64,000 nt of DNA from the NCBI GenBank assembly GCA_002104945.1, contig MCFH01000071.1, positions 171,082-235,081 on the forward strand, given 5' to 3'. Shown here in pieces: positions 1-12,507 of this stretch. The notes under the pieces are model-generated. The model was given only the letters and a program-made list of their open reading frames with translations, was not told the DNA's origin and ran no database searches. Within the stretch, counting starts at the first letter, position 1. Each line of letters starts with the position of its first letter. A program made the position numbers and the translations under genes. Origin of the DNA: Piromyces finnis finn (lineage: Eukaryota > Fungi > Neocallimastigomycota).

Positions 1-3000
1 GATTTTTGTATTAAAATTTTAAAAGATATGGTTAATGCTCCAGCTAAACGTAAGGAAAAGGAACAACAAGTTTACCATGTTTTAGGATTTTTAAAATCAA
101 TCATTATTGCTCTTGCATTACAAGGTGGTTCAGAACGTAATCGTCACAAGCTCTCAAATTTAGTTGATACTTTATTAAAATTACCAGTTGTTTATGCTGG
201 CTCAGGTAACACTATTATTACTCAATGGGTATTCCAAGTTTTAGAAGTTTTATTATTAGCTGGAAAGAATGATAATCCAAATGTTATTGAACAAGTTCAA
301 TTAGATGTTAAATTAATTGATAATGTTATAAATTCTTTAATGAATATTATGCCAAATCAACAAGATATTATTTTAACTCCATTATGGTTAAATTTAGTAA
401 AACAATCTTTCTTACGTATGGCTGAATTAATTAATGAACAAACATCAAATGATGATATGGTTGAAGATGCTGAAATGATTCATCAACAACAACAATACAT
501 TTATACCCAACATCCACAGTTACTTTCTAATTTTATTAATGTCACTTTCCCAGTTTTAATGAATGAAAGTTCAAAGGCTGTTATTTTCATGAATGCTGCA
601 GAATGTTACATTGAAATTATTAAAAATGGTATGACTAAGCCAATTTTAGAACAAACTCTTATTCAAAAGGAAACTCCAATAACTTTAATGATTAATTTGG
701 CTGGTAAAAGTTTGGGTGATATTAAATATAGAAATTCATGGGGTTCAATTCTTTTAATTATTGAAGCTTTATTTGATGTAAGTTTTTTTTGAAGAATATG
801 ATAATATATTTGAATATATATATGTATATTTTAATGGATACAGTAAACTATTTGAATGCTTTAAAAGTTTAATTTTATTATAAACTCTAATATTTTAAAT
901 ATATAATATTATATATTATATGTTACATAATTAATTTATTTTGTTATCAAATATATATTTATACTAAATTTATTTTTATTCTGTGATTTCTTTTGGATAT
1001 ATTAAAAAAAATAGGTTCTTCAACAAGATTCACTTCCATTATTAGAAGAAATTTTATTAGTTGTCATGTCTATTCGTGATGATACCGATTACAACTCATC
1101 TTTTATTTTCAAATCTGAATTAGACAGTGTAATTATGGCCTCAGTTCGTGCTATTGGTATGGAAAACTTTGAGACTTTAGTTCCATTAAATATTGAAAGA
1201 GAAAATCCAGATGCTCCAGTCAGACCATATCTTTTATCTATTTTCACTAAAGCTTTAGCTGCTAATCAAAGTTCTTCTAAATTCGGTAACAATTCATTAA
1301 AATTCTATAGTGTCTATTTCTTACCATTAGCTAAAAGATTATACACCAAGAGTGCTGAATACTGGAAACAAGGTAAATTTACTGAATCCAAGCTTTTTGA
1401 AACTTTAGCTACTCAAGTTTGGCAAATTTTCCCAGAATTATGTGGTTCCATGCCAGGTGATGTTAAGCAATCCTTCCATTTAATTGTACAACACTTAGGT
1501 ATGATTTTACAACAGCCAATCGAAAAAATCTATCCAAATTTATCTTCCAAACCAGAATTACGTCCATTAGTTTGTGCTGGTCTTCAAGACTTAATTAACA
1601 AGAACTATGATATTATTAATAATCCAAAGGAAGCTGTCACCGATGAAGTTGTTTGGAAGGCTAAGAATAATTTAACTGAAATTAAAAAGTATGTTGCGAA
1701 ATTCTTAGCTACTCTTTGTAATGTTTTTACTAATGTTTCATTAGAAACTTTAGAAAGTATTAAAAAGGGTAATGTTAGTGCTTTCTATGAAAAGGAAAGA
1801 TTAGCTTATGAAGATACTATCGGTAGTTGCTTAAAGATCGCCGATGATAAGGATATTTCTGACTACTTTAAGAATTTAGTTAAAACTCTTCTTCAATCAC
1901 AAATCAACAATAATGGTAATGAAGGCCAAAAGAATAATGCTCAAGATCTTCAAAAAACTTATAGATTATACTACATTCTTGATTTAATGTTAGTTTTCTT
2001 ACCACATTTACCAGAAATGAAGGAACCAGGTAATGTTGATGAAAATAACCCAGTTGTTTTATATTACAAGGTTTTAATCGGTCAAATTAATGATACTGAT
2101 TCTATGATTCAAAAGAAGACCTATAAATCATTATCAACTCTTATTTCCAATGTTAAAGATAAACCAGAATTCTTAAAGGTTATTAACATTGAAGAACTTA
2201 TTTCTCAACTTATTGATCCACAAGTTATTATGAAGTTATCAGCCAACAGTGGTGTTAAAAAATTACGTACTAACACTTTAATTAGCGCTGTCAGTGCTAT
2301 TAATCCAGAGCAATCTGAAATTCTTTTACAAATTGTTCCAATTATTCTTTCCGAAATTATTCTCGGTACTAAGGAAGTTAATGAAAAGACTAGAAATACT
2401 TCCTATGATGGTATTGTTATTATGGGTAAAAAGATGCTTGAAATCGGTAAATTAAATGAACAAAATAGTATGATGGGTGAAGGTCAAAGTACATCTACAA
2501 ACAATTCATTTGATATGTCTAGATTAAATAATGATATTTCTTCAATTGATGAAAGCAACAAGAAGGTTAATGTTAATTTGAATGAATACTTTATGATGGT
2601 AGTAGCTGGTTTAGCTGGTTCTTCACCACACATGCAAGCTGCCACTATTGGTTGTTTATCTAGATTATTATACGAATTTAGAGATGACATGGACAAGCAA
2701 TTAATTAAGGAACTTTTAACTACTGTTATGTATTTCATGAATTCCTTAAGTCGTGAAGTCTTAAAGGCTGTTCTTGGTTTTGTCAAGGTTGCTATTGTTT
2801 GCTTAGAACAAGAACTTTTAGAAGATTTCGTTGAATTAATTGTAAGTAGCAAAGAAATTTATATCTAATTGCAAAAATATAGTAATTTGGTGTTGATTGT
2901 AAATTGGTTATGTTTTTTTTCTTATTTTATGAAAACCATCAATGGCCCATAATATATATATTATGGAAATAAATATTAACTAATAAATATATATATATTT

Positions 3001-4319
3001 ATGGAAACAATCATCAACAAATATAATATATTTTCATGGAAATAATTATAAACTAACAAATAATATTTTATATATTAATTATTAGATTACATCTATTTTA
3101 TCTTGTTCTAAAGATAAAAAGTCTCACTTTAAGACCAAGGTTCGTCACATTTTTGAACGTTTAATTAGAAAGTTCAGCTATGAAGTTGTTGAAGGTTTTG
3201 TTCCAGAAGACAGTAAGAAATTAATTGTTAATATTCGTAAGAGACGTGACAGAGCCAAGAGAAAGAGTAACAATGAGAAGAAGGATGAAGAAAATAAGAA
3301 CAAAGAAAAAACTAATGAAAATTACGAAAAAACTATGTATGATAGTGAAAGTGATTTAGGTAGTGGTGATGAAGGATCAGATGATGAAGATGAAGATATG
3401 GATAGTTTCCTTCCAGATCATTTCAAGACCTCAAATAAAACTAAAAAGCATGATGGTACTTGGATTAAGGAATCTGAAGATGCTATTGATTTCTTAGATC
3501 CACGTATTGTTTCTAGGGTTATTGGTACAAAAGAATCTACTATTGATGGTAGTAAGAGAAAGAATAAGAAGGATATCTTTAAGCGTAATGATTCTGGTAA
3601 GATGATTATTAATGATTCTGATGAAGAAGGTAATAATGGTAATGACATGGAAGAAGCTGCCGAAGAAGATTACTACATGCAAAGTGTTAAGAGTGCTGAT
3701 AGATTCACTCGTACACCATCTGGTCGTGTTAAGTTTAATAAAACTCAAACCAAGCGTGGAAGAAGTGAAGATGATGACTTTATGGATGAAGATGACTACA
3801 CCGAAGAAAAGAGTAACAAGCGTGGTAAGGGTGAAAACGGTAAGATTGCTAATATGCTTGGTAAAAACTATAAGGCTAAGGTAATTGGATTATTAATTAT
3901 ATAGTGAAAAAAATAAAGTCAACCATATAGTACAAATCAATTCCTAATATGTTTTTACAATTTATTTTAAATTAGAATGCTGCTGGTGATGTCAAAAAGA
4001 AGAACCAATTGGATCCATATGCTTACATTCCATTAAACTCTAAGATTGTTGGAAACAAGTAATTATTTTTTTTCTGTTTTTAATAAAATCTTAAATTATA
4101 AATATAAAAAGTTTAATTGTTATTCAATTATAATCAATACTCATTTTTAATTTTTAATTTTTTTTTTTTTTTAAAAAAATTAGACGTAAGTCAGCAAAGG
4201 TTGCTGGTTCATTTAAAAACATTATTCGTGCTGCTCAAAAGGGTAGTGCCGAAGGTCATAATTCTGCAAGAAAACAAAGAATCGCTCAAACAAGAAAAGG
4301 AAACAAAAAACACAAATAA
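1..4319 (+). CDS. RRP12: Ribosomal RNA-processing protein 12 (HEAT-repeat/NUC173), 5'-partial; exons <1-777, 1015-2841, 3086-3880, 3976-4058, 4184-4319
   Basis: GT-AG introns join the three ORFs in frame (1205 aa in window). Recognisable RRP12 motifs: FKSELDSVIMASVRAIGME, LFETLATQVWQIFP, MVVAGLAGSSPHM, REVLKAVLGFVKV, HFKTKVRHIFERLIRKF, GDVKKKNQLDPYAYIPL. The frame is open from base 1, so the start lies outside the window. Confidence 0.93.
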
Positions 4320-4807
4320 ATCAATTAATGAAATAAGCCATGATAGCCCTTTTTTTTCATAATATCTAATGTTTTTAAATTATTAGTCTTTTTTTTTTCT
4401 TTAATCCCATTTATTTATACACATACTATAGTATCTGATTTTATATTATTTTAAACATAAAAATAAATATTTATTCTATTTATCATTTTACTTTAAAAAA
4501 AAAAAAAAACATATCAGCATGTTTTTTATTAGAATTTCACAAAATGTAGAATTTTTTTTTTTTTTTACTTTTTAAAATTTTAACACAAAGAATCATAATA
4601 ATAAAATAGATAATTAAAAAAAAAAGTTTATTTTTTTTATAAGTTTGAAAATCTTTGAATTGAAAATGAAAAAAGGATAGTGGAAGTAAAAACATATCAA
4701 AAACAAGAAAAGTAAAAAGTAGGACTATGGTTAATGCTTTTAAATTCATGCATAGAAAAAGGTTACAAAATTTTATTTTTTATTAATTAAAACGTTTTTA
4801 ATTTTAA

Positions 4808-4841
<34 letters not shown>

Positions 4842-5188
4842 ATATCTCCAAAAAAATTTTTTTTTCCTTTTTTTATTTCTAATTATTTTTTCCTTCATTC
4901 TTTAAAGAAAAAGGCTTCCCTCTTACTCCGCCAGTAACAACAACAAAAAACATCGATTTTTTAGGTGAAAAAAAATTTTTTTTAAAAAAATATAATATAT
5001 GATCAATATATTATATTATATTAGATAATATATTGTAAATAAATTGACTATATAATTTTAGTCAATCATCGATCAGAATTTTTTGTGGCAGTGTATTGTG
5101 ATTGGTAAAAATAAAAAAAGAGAATAGTTAACAAAAATGAAATTTCACTAATTAGTTTTAATCTTTCTCTTTTTTAAATTAGTTAATC

Positions 5189-6335
5189 ATGGGTAAATAT
5201 TATATGTTGTATTTATGGATTAAATGAAATAAAAAAAGAGATGTTTATGTTTTTATAATTATGAATGGATGAATAAAAATTTTAAATAAAAAAAGTTTTG
5301 TAAAAAAATAATGTGGTATATGTTGGTGGTAGCGTTATTATTTATAATGGTATAATGTTCATTATAAATAATAAAGGGAAAAGAATGTAATGTTTAATGA
5401 GTAAATAATAATAAAAATTATTATTATGGATAAAATTAAAAGAAAAATGTAAATAATTCTATTCATATTAAAACGAAACTCTCTTTAAATGTATAAAAAA
5501 TGAAAATGAATCAATTTATTAACATTTTTATGAATTTTAAAAATAGGTATTAGCAGAGACAGTCGTCACAAGCGTAACGCTACCGGTGCCAAGCGCGCCC
5601 AATACCGTAAGAAGAGAAAGTTCGAAATGGGTCGTCAAAACTCTTTAACTAAGCTCGGAAGCAAGAAGATCCACACCATCAGAGTTAGAGGTGGTAATCT
5701 TAAGTACAGAGCCTTAAGATTAGATAGCGGTAACTTCTCCTGGGGTTCCGAAACTATTACCCGTAAGACTCGTATTGTTGCTGTTGTCTACAACGCCTCT
5801 GATAACGATCTTGTCCGTACTAACACTCTTGTCAAGAACGCCATTGTTCAAATTGATGCTGCTCCATTCAGACAATGGTACGAAACCCACTACGGTGTCG
5901 TTCTCGGAAAGAAGAAGGTAAATTTTAGTTGAAATAGATAAATTATAAAAATGAATATATTGTATAAAATGATGAATGTGTAATTAATTATGAATTTATC
6001 CTTTATTTTGAATAATAAAGGCCGATGAAGAAACTACCAAGGTCTCCAACAAGGTCCAACGTAAGCACGAATCCCGTAAGGCTCAAGCTGAAATTGAATC
6101 TAACATCAAGGACCAATTCGCTGCTGGTCGTCTCTACGGTAATTATCATAAATAATAATAGTAGACAAATAAAAAAAATGAAATGGTAAAAGTGCAATGA
6201 TGTTAATAATACATATTTTATAATATAATAGCCTGTATCTCCTCCCGTCCAGGTCAATCCGGTCGTGCCGATGGTTACATCTTAGAAGGAAAGGAACTCG
6301 ACTTCTACGTCAGAAAGATTAAGTCTAAGAAGTAA
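5189..6335 (+). CDS. RPS8: 40S ribosomal protein S8 (eS8); exons 5189-5192, 5547-5917, 6021-6138, 6232-6335 (198 aa)
   Basis: Spliced product [32 protein letters not shown]...[15 protein letters not shown]...[23 protein letters not shown] is unmistakable eS8. Strongly biased codon usage is typical of a highly expressed gene. Confidence 0.98.
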
Positions 6336-7315
6336 AAAGTGTATTAATATCAATATACATGTTTTAATACAATTTTTGACAACCTTAAATAAAGATAAAA
6401 TTAAAAAAAATAAAGATTTTTTTAATGTTCATGTTTTTTTGAGTAAATATATTTTAAAAATAAAATATAATTTTTTTTAGTATTTTAAATATTTATTATA
6501 TATAATATTTAAGAGTAGTGTGAATTATTATTTTAATAAACGAGATTAACATATAACAAATTTTATAAGAGTAAAAAGCAGTAAAAGAGGACGATACAAA
6601 TTCTTTTAAGTATATTTAAAAAAAGTAATGTTTGTTAATTATGATAATTTTTTTTGCGAAAAGAAAAAAAGGAGTTCTATATTTTTGAAGAGGAAGAGGT
6701 TTTTTAACTTAAGTTATTTGGATCTTACAACAGTGAAGGATACACCAAATACGAAAAGAAGAGGATGAATTGTAGAAAATGTGAATCTTTAGTTTACTGA
6801 AAAAAAAAAATATCACAAAGTATGTAGTAGAATATTGCCACCTAAAAAGTTTTTATAATTTTATGGTTATAAAATGTAGTTTACCCCGAGGCAAATTGGT
6901 TTCACTTTTAAGTTTTTTTTTTTTTTTTTACAGTAAATTTTTATTCAATGTTAATCTTGGAAATTAGAAACATTTTAATATTTGAAAGGAAAGGGAAAAA
7001 AAAAAAAATTCTCTCTTTTTTTTTTTTTTTGTTTTTCGTTTTTATTTTCAAGGTAAAGTTTTCGCATCATAAATAAACGATGCTATTTTCTCATTTATTT
7101 TATGATGCTATTGTTTCCCTTATACATTTCAAAAATAAAAAAATAAAAACTTTTTTTTTTTCTCATCTCCATTCCAATCCAATAAGCTACAATAAAATAC
7201 AATAAAAAATAAAAAAATAAAAAATAAAAAAAAGAGACTTTGTAATATTCAATGATACTGACTAAAAAATTTATAGTATAGGAAAATAAAAAAAAAAATA
7301 AATAAAAATATTTCA

Positions 7316-7346
<31 letters not shown>

Positions 7347-7512
7347 GTTAGTATGGTTACTGCGCAATCATTAAAATTATTTTTTTAATTGTTATTTGTT
7401 GTTTGTTGGCGTTGTTGTTTTCAATATTTTATTTATTTAGAAGAGGCTAAAAAAAAAAAAAAATCATGTTTATGACCTAAAATAAAAATTAAAAAATAAA
7501 TCTTTAATAATG

Positions 7513-7565
<53 letters not shown>
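7513..7565 (+). repeat. ~53-nt poly(A) homopolymer
   Basis: Directly visible; the length may be uncertain from sequencing. Confidence 0.9.
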
Positions 7566-7567
<2 letters not shown>

Positions 7568-8115
7568 TAAAATCTTTAAAAATATATTACCTACAACAGT
7601 AATTATTTTTTTTTTTTAATATAAACCTAATTTGAATACTATTTTTTTTTATATAAATTTCATTTAAAAAAAAAAAAAAAAAAAAAGGTTAAAAAGAATG
7701 CCTTGGATATATTCATTCGTAGTTGATTGGGATAATGAAGGATACTACCAGAATTAAAATAGAATAAAGTTGATTATTATTCCTAAACATAATCATAACT
7801 CCCCCGGCTATCTTTGTATCTGTCGTTATTATAGTAATACCGAAACTATTTTTTTTTTTTTTTTCATCATCATCATCATCATTAAATTTTAAATTGTTCT
7901 TTTATCAATACAATTCAAAGTATCTTTGTCCTCACTTAACTTTCTTGACCTTTTTTTTTAACTCTTTTCTCCAAAATACATAGAAGAAACCATATTATTT
8001 ATTTAATAAATTTTGTTGAAAAAGAAAAGGGAAAAGACAAGTAATAATTCAATTTATAAACATTTCCCTCTTTTTTTTTTTTCTTTTTCGGCGGCAATCT
8101 ATAGATGAAGCATTA

Positions 8116-8150
<35 letters not shown>

Positions 8151-8272
8151 AATGATAAAAACAAAAAATAAAGGTTCAATAGAATAAACAGTTTTTACCA
8201 CATTCATCAAAGTTTTTATATTCCAATAGATAAGAGGATTTCACAACTTTTTTTTTTTTTTTTTTTTTTTTA

Positions 8273-8467
8273 CTAAAAATCATTGTTTAGGTAAAACCAT
8301 TGAAAGGTTATCAAGAACACTAATGTTGTAGTGATAGAGCAAAGGAAGGTTCTGTAGGATTCTGTATATATAATCAGATGACCAGATTTAATATTACCAT
8401 TTTCATTTTCTTGAATGGAAATCTTAATAATTCCATAGGAAAGAGAAAGAGTGGGTTGAATGGACAT
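8273..8467 (-). CDS. Possible 64-aa small ORF with C-terminal hydrophobic segment
   Basis: ATG at 8467 opens MSIQPTLSLSYGIIK...TFLCSITTTLVFLITFQWFYLNNDF*. Sequence complexity is higher than in the flanks; no homology recognised. Confidence 0.2.
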   Translation of the reverse strand: MSIQPTLSLSYGIIKISIQENENGNIKSGHLIIYTESYRTFLCSITTTLVFLITFQWFYLNNDF

Positions 8468-10315
8468 ACACACACGCCATATTATTCTACTTGATAATGT
8501 AAACTTTTATTATTTCTTTTTTTTTAAAATAAAAAAAAAAAAATTAGATAGAGGGAGTAAGAAGGGAAGTATAAATCCTGTCTCCATACAATACATTTAC
8601 AGTATAAATGGCAAAGTTTATCAAACTATACCAATAGTTTTTATATACATTATTTTTTTTTTTTTTTTTTATTATTATTTTGTTATCGATAGTCATGGGT
8701 AACCTTACCTAATATAAAGGTTATAATATATAATTTTTAAGAAAAAAAAGGGAGAAACACTAAAAAAAAAAAACAAAAAAAAAAAAAAAAAAATTAAAAA
8801 AACATTTAATTCCAGATAGTTCACTGTTGAACTTTTAATCAATTATATATATATATATGGTTCATATAGTTTATACCATTAATTAAGAATGCTTTCATAT
8901 TTAAAATAAAAAAAAAATATATATATAAGAGTATCAAGTTCAATACTAAAGATAAAGCCAATACTTTGCCAAAACAATCATTGAAAATTCTAATATTTTT
9001 TTCTTTGTTTTATATTGTTTTTGGTTTGTTTTGTTTTCCTTTTCACCTCCTTCTTCTATGCTATCATTTAATTTTTTTTTTTTTTTTTTTTTTTTTGATG
9101 ATGATGATAAAAGAAGGAGATTCTATCTGACATTCATTAAAGGCAACAACAACAACTCTATACTATTATTTTTTAAAAAAAAAAAAAAAAAGACTAGAAA
9201 CTACATCCTACCCATTTTTTTTTATTCATTATATTTATTTGTGTTTAAATTTATTTTAAAATACATGTAAATATATATATTGATAATTTTTATCTCTTTA
9301 TTAGAGTAACCATGAAAGTCTTGATATAATTGTTGTCATTTAAATTATTTAATTGACCTTTTACCAACAATAAACCTAAATATGAATACTATTTAAAAAA
9401 AAAAAAAATAAAATAAAATTGGATAATCCTGTTTGTCAATTACATTATTATCTAATTGTAGGAAGAGATGATTTTATAATTTATTGAAATTAAACATAAA
9501 TATAGAGAGTTTATAAAGCATACTTCTTTACCTATTTACCTCACCTCACACTCCTATTCCTATTATCCTATTATCCCTCTTTAAAAGAAAAAAAAATCAA
9601 TTAACTGCACGATTTACCATAAAAAAAATTTTTTTTATATAGTTCAATGAATTTGTTAATATTAAAAAAAAAAAAAACTTTTTTAATACTAATTTTATTT
9701 TTATTATTTATTATTTATTATTTATTGTTGTTGTTGTTGTTGTTGTTATTTTATTTTGTTATTGTTATTATTTATAAAAAAAAATATATATGACATTGAT
9801 ATATATATTTAATGGAACTAGGTTGTTGCCGTTTTTTTTTTTTTTTTTCATTATCCTTGAATTTAAAAATTACTTTCTTTCACTCGTCCTCCGGTCATTT
9901 TGAAAATTTTATTTGTTCTATGATTAGTAAAAAAGGTTATTTTTTATTTTTTTTTTTTTTTTTTTACAAACATAAAATAATGCATCATATATATATAGTT
10001 TATCTAATATCAATAATAAAAAAAAAAAGGAATCCACCTACTAATTTATTTTAATAATAGATATAATTATATTATCTTTTTTCTTTTGAAAAAAAAAAAA
10101 AAGGTTTCAAAAATGTTAGGTAATGAAAGATTAGCAATAAACTTTCTATCTTTTTTTTTTTTTTTAATATCATTTCCACAGTCTTAATTTGTACAAACTA
10201 ACTATATTTCCTTTTTTATTTGATATACTACTATGTAGTAATTGTATATAATGAAATTATATTTCCCTTTTTCACAGGATATCCAATTTTTTAAGTCGTT
10301 ATATATAAATAAATC

Positions 10316-10361
<46 letters not shown>

Positions 10362-11801
10362 CTTTTCATAAAATATTACCCAAATTTATAAAAAAAAAAA
10401 AAAAAAAAGTCATTATTTTTTTATGGCTATCTATTTTTTAAAGTAATAACTTTTTTTCTTTTTTCCAATTTTTGGTCTTCCATCCCATTTATTCCTCAAC
10501 CTGATTCTATTCTTCATTAATTTTTTTTTTTTTTTTTTTTTTTGTAACGATTTAATTACTCAACTAGTGTAATATTCAGTCTGGTTTGGTCTATTTGATT
10601 AAAAAAAATAATAATAATATTTGTAAAAAAGGAGAAAGGTTTATATCATTATTTATTTTATTTTTTTTTTTTTTTTTTTTTTTTTTTTGATATAGGATAA
10701 TTTTTCACTACATAACTCGATGTAGTATTACTTTTCTTATTATAATTATAACTATTGAAATTTTTTATAATATATATATTATTATTTACTTATTTACCAA
10801 GCTATTTTTGTTTATGTATATATATATTAAAAATAATAATACTAATAATTAATTTTGAAAGCATCTTAATATATAAAGAAAAAATGAATGATATTTCTAA
10901 ACCTTTAATACAAAATTCTAAGGAGAAAAAAAAAATATTCGAAAGAAAGAAAAAAAAAAATTAAATTTGAAAATAAATGATTTAAATGACATTATGAAAA
11001 TAAAGTAAACTTTTTTTTTTTTCAAATTTTAAATATTCAAGATTAGGATAAAAAAAAAAAAAAAAAAAAAAAAAGCGTTTTAAATTCTTTTATTAATAAT
11101 TCTAATCAAAATCAAAATATGTTTTTTAAACCATGAGAAATTGATCATAAATCATATAAAAGATTAATAATGGGTAATAGGAATGTATGTATTAGTTAAT
11201 ACTACATGAATGACCGAATTCCTATTTAAAATTTACTCAAAATTGAAATAAAAAAAAAAAAAAAAAAAAGTAAAATTAATTATACATAAAACTATAAAAG
11301 ATAAAAATAAAATGAACCTTTTAAAAGATGGAGAGTATGATATGGAAAGATTTTTTTTTTTTTTTTTTTTTTTTCATAAAACTTTTCAAAATAATAAAAA
11401 ATCCTAAAACTTGCCAGTATAATAAATACTAATCTAACCCTTAAATAGAAATTTACTAATGAATTAGGAAAAAAGAAAGAGTTAAAAAAAAGTAGAATAG
11501 TAATAAGAATCAATCAATAAAATAATATAAAGGTTAAAAGCGATGATATATTTATTTTAATTAAGAGTTTTTTATAGTCCCTGTGTATTTTGTAGAGTAG
11601 CTTTTCTTTACTTTTGATGACTTTGTAGGTTAGGTTAAATAATATTTCTCAATTTTTTTTAACCTAACCAACCACCTATGTATCTATGTATCTATGTATA
11701 ATTATTTATAATGACAACATTATTTTATGCTAATAATCACATTTTTGTATGCCATTCACACATGATTTCGTGTGTGCTATTAACTTTACGTACTTTGATA
11801 A

Positions 11802-11872
11802 TAAGCAATAAATAAAACATTAAAAACAACAACAATGGCAGTAAGCAATAAATAAAACATTAAAAACAACAA
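11802..11872 (+). repeat. 31-bp direct repeat x2 (taagcaataaataaaacattaaaaacaacaa) with 9-bp spacer
   Basis: Copies at 11802-11832 and 11842-11872. Confidence 0.8.
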
Positions 11873-12507
11873 ATAACTAATAACCAATAATTTATGGTAA
11901 TAATAATCTGACTGTAATAGAAATAATTTAGCAGAAATAGAGTAATACACTAAATAATAAGAGTGATAATAAAATACATTCCTATTTAATTTAGAGGTCA
12001 TCTTCTACTTTTTCCCAAATAATAAAAAACTATTAAAAAAAAGAGTAGTATCATTTTTATATTGTATTGTTACTTTGTCATTTTTTATTTTTTTTTCGTT
12101 TTTTTTTTTTTCTTATAAATAAGTCATTTATGCTATATAGATTTCTTTATGTAAAAAACAACTTTTTGGTTATATAATCATAAAGAATGATGAAATAAAT
12201 AAAAAGGAAAATATGAAAAAGTTAAAACGCAAACTTTTTTTTTTTTTTTTTAAAATAATAATTATATTCTTTTGATAATTTATAATAGAATAAATATATA
12301 ATATATAGGTAGAGTAAACGTAGATTGGATAAATATATACGTTTTTTTTTAATTATTACTATTATTACAATTACAATAGTTAAAAAAGTTCATTGAGAAA
12401 CGAATCGTAAAAAAAAAAATTAGAAATTGTATTGTAGTGATAATAGTGATCATAAGACGAGATCTTTAAATAATTATACTTTGTATTGAAAATCTTTTTT
12501 TTTTTTT

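Noticed and set aside
5060-5085. Possible C/D snoRNA boxes on the minus strand upstream of RPS8, and snoRNAs in RPS8 introns
   Set aside because: The sequence is CTGAtcGATGAT, not a RTGATGA C box, and the order is wrong; no C plus D box pairs were found in the RPS8 introns.
7513-7565. Poly(A) as a retroposon tail
   Set aside because: No upstream element body or target-site duplication; long homopolymers are pervasive in this window.
9355-9368. U5 snRNA loop-I-like gaccttttacca
   Set aside because: Mismatch in the invariant GCCUUUUAC, with no flanking stem or Sm site.
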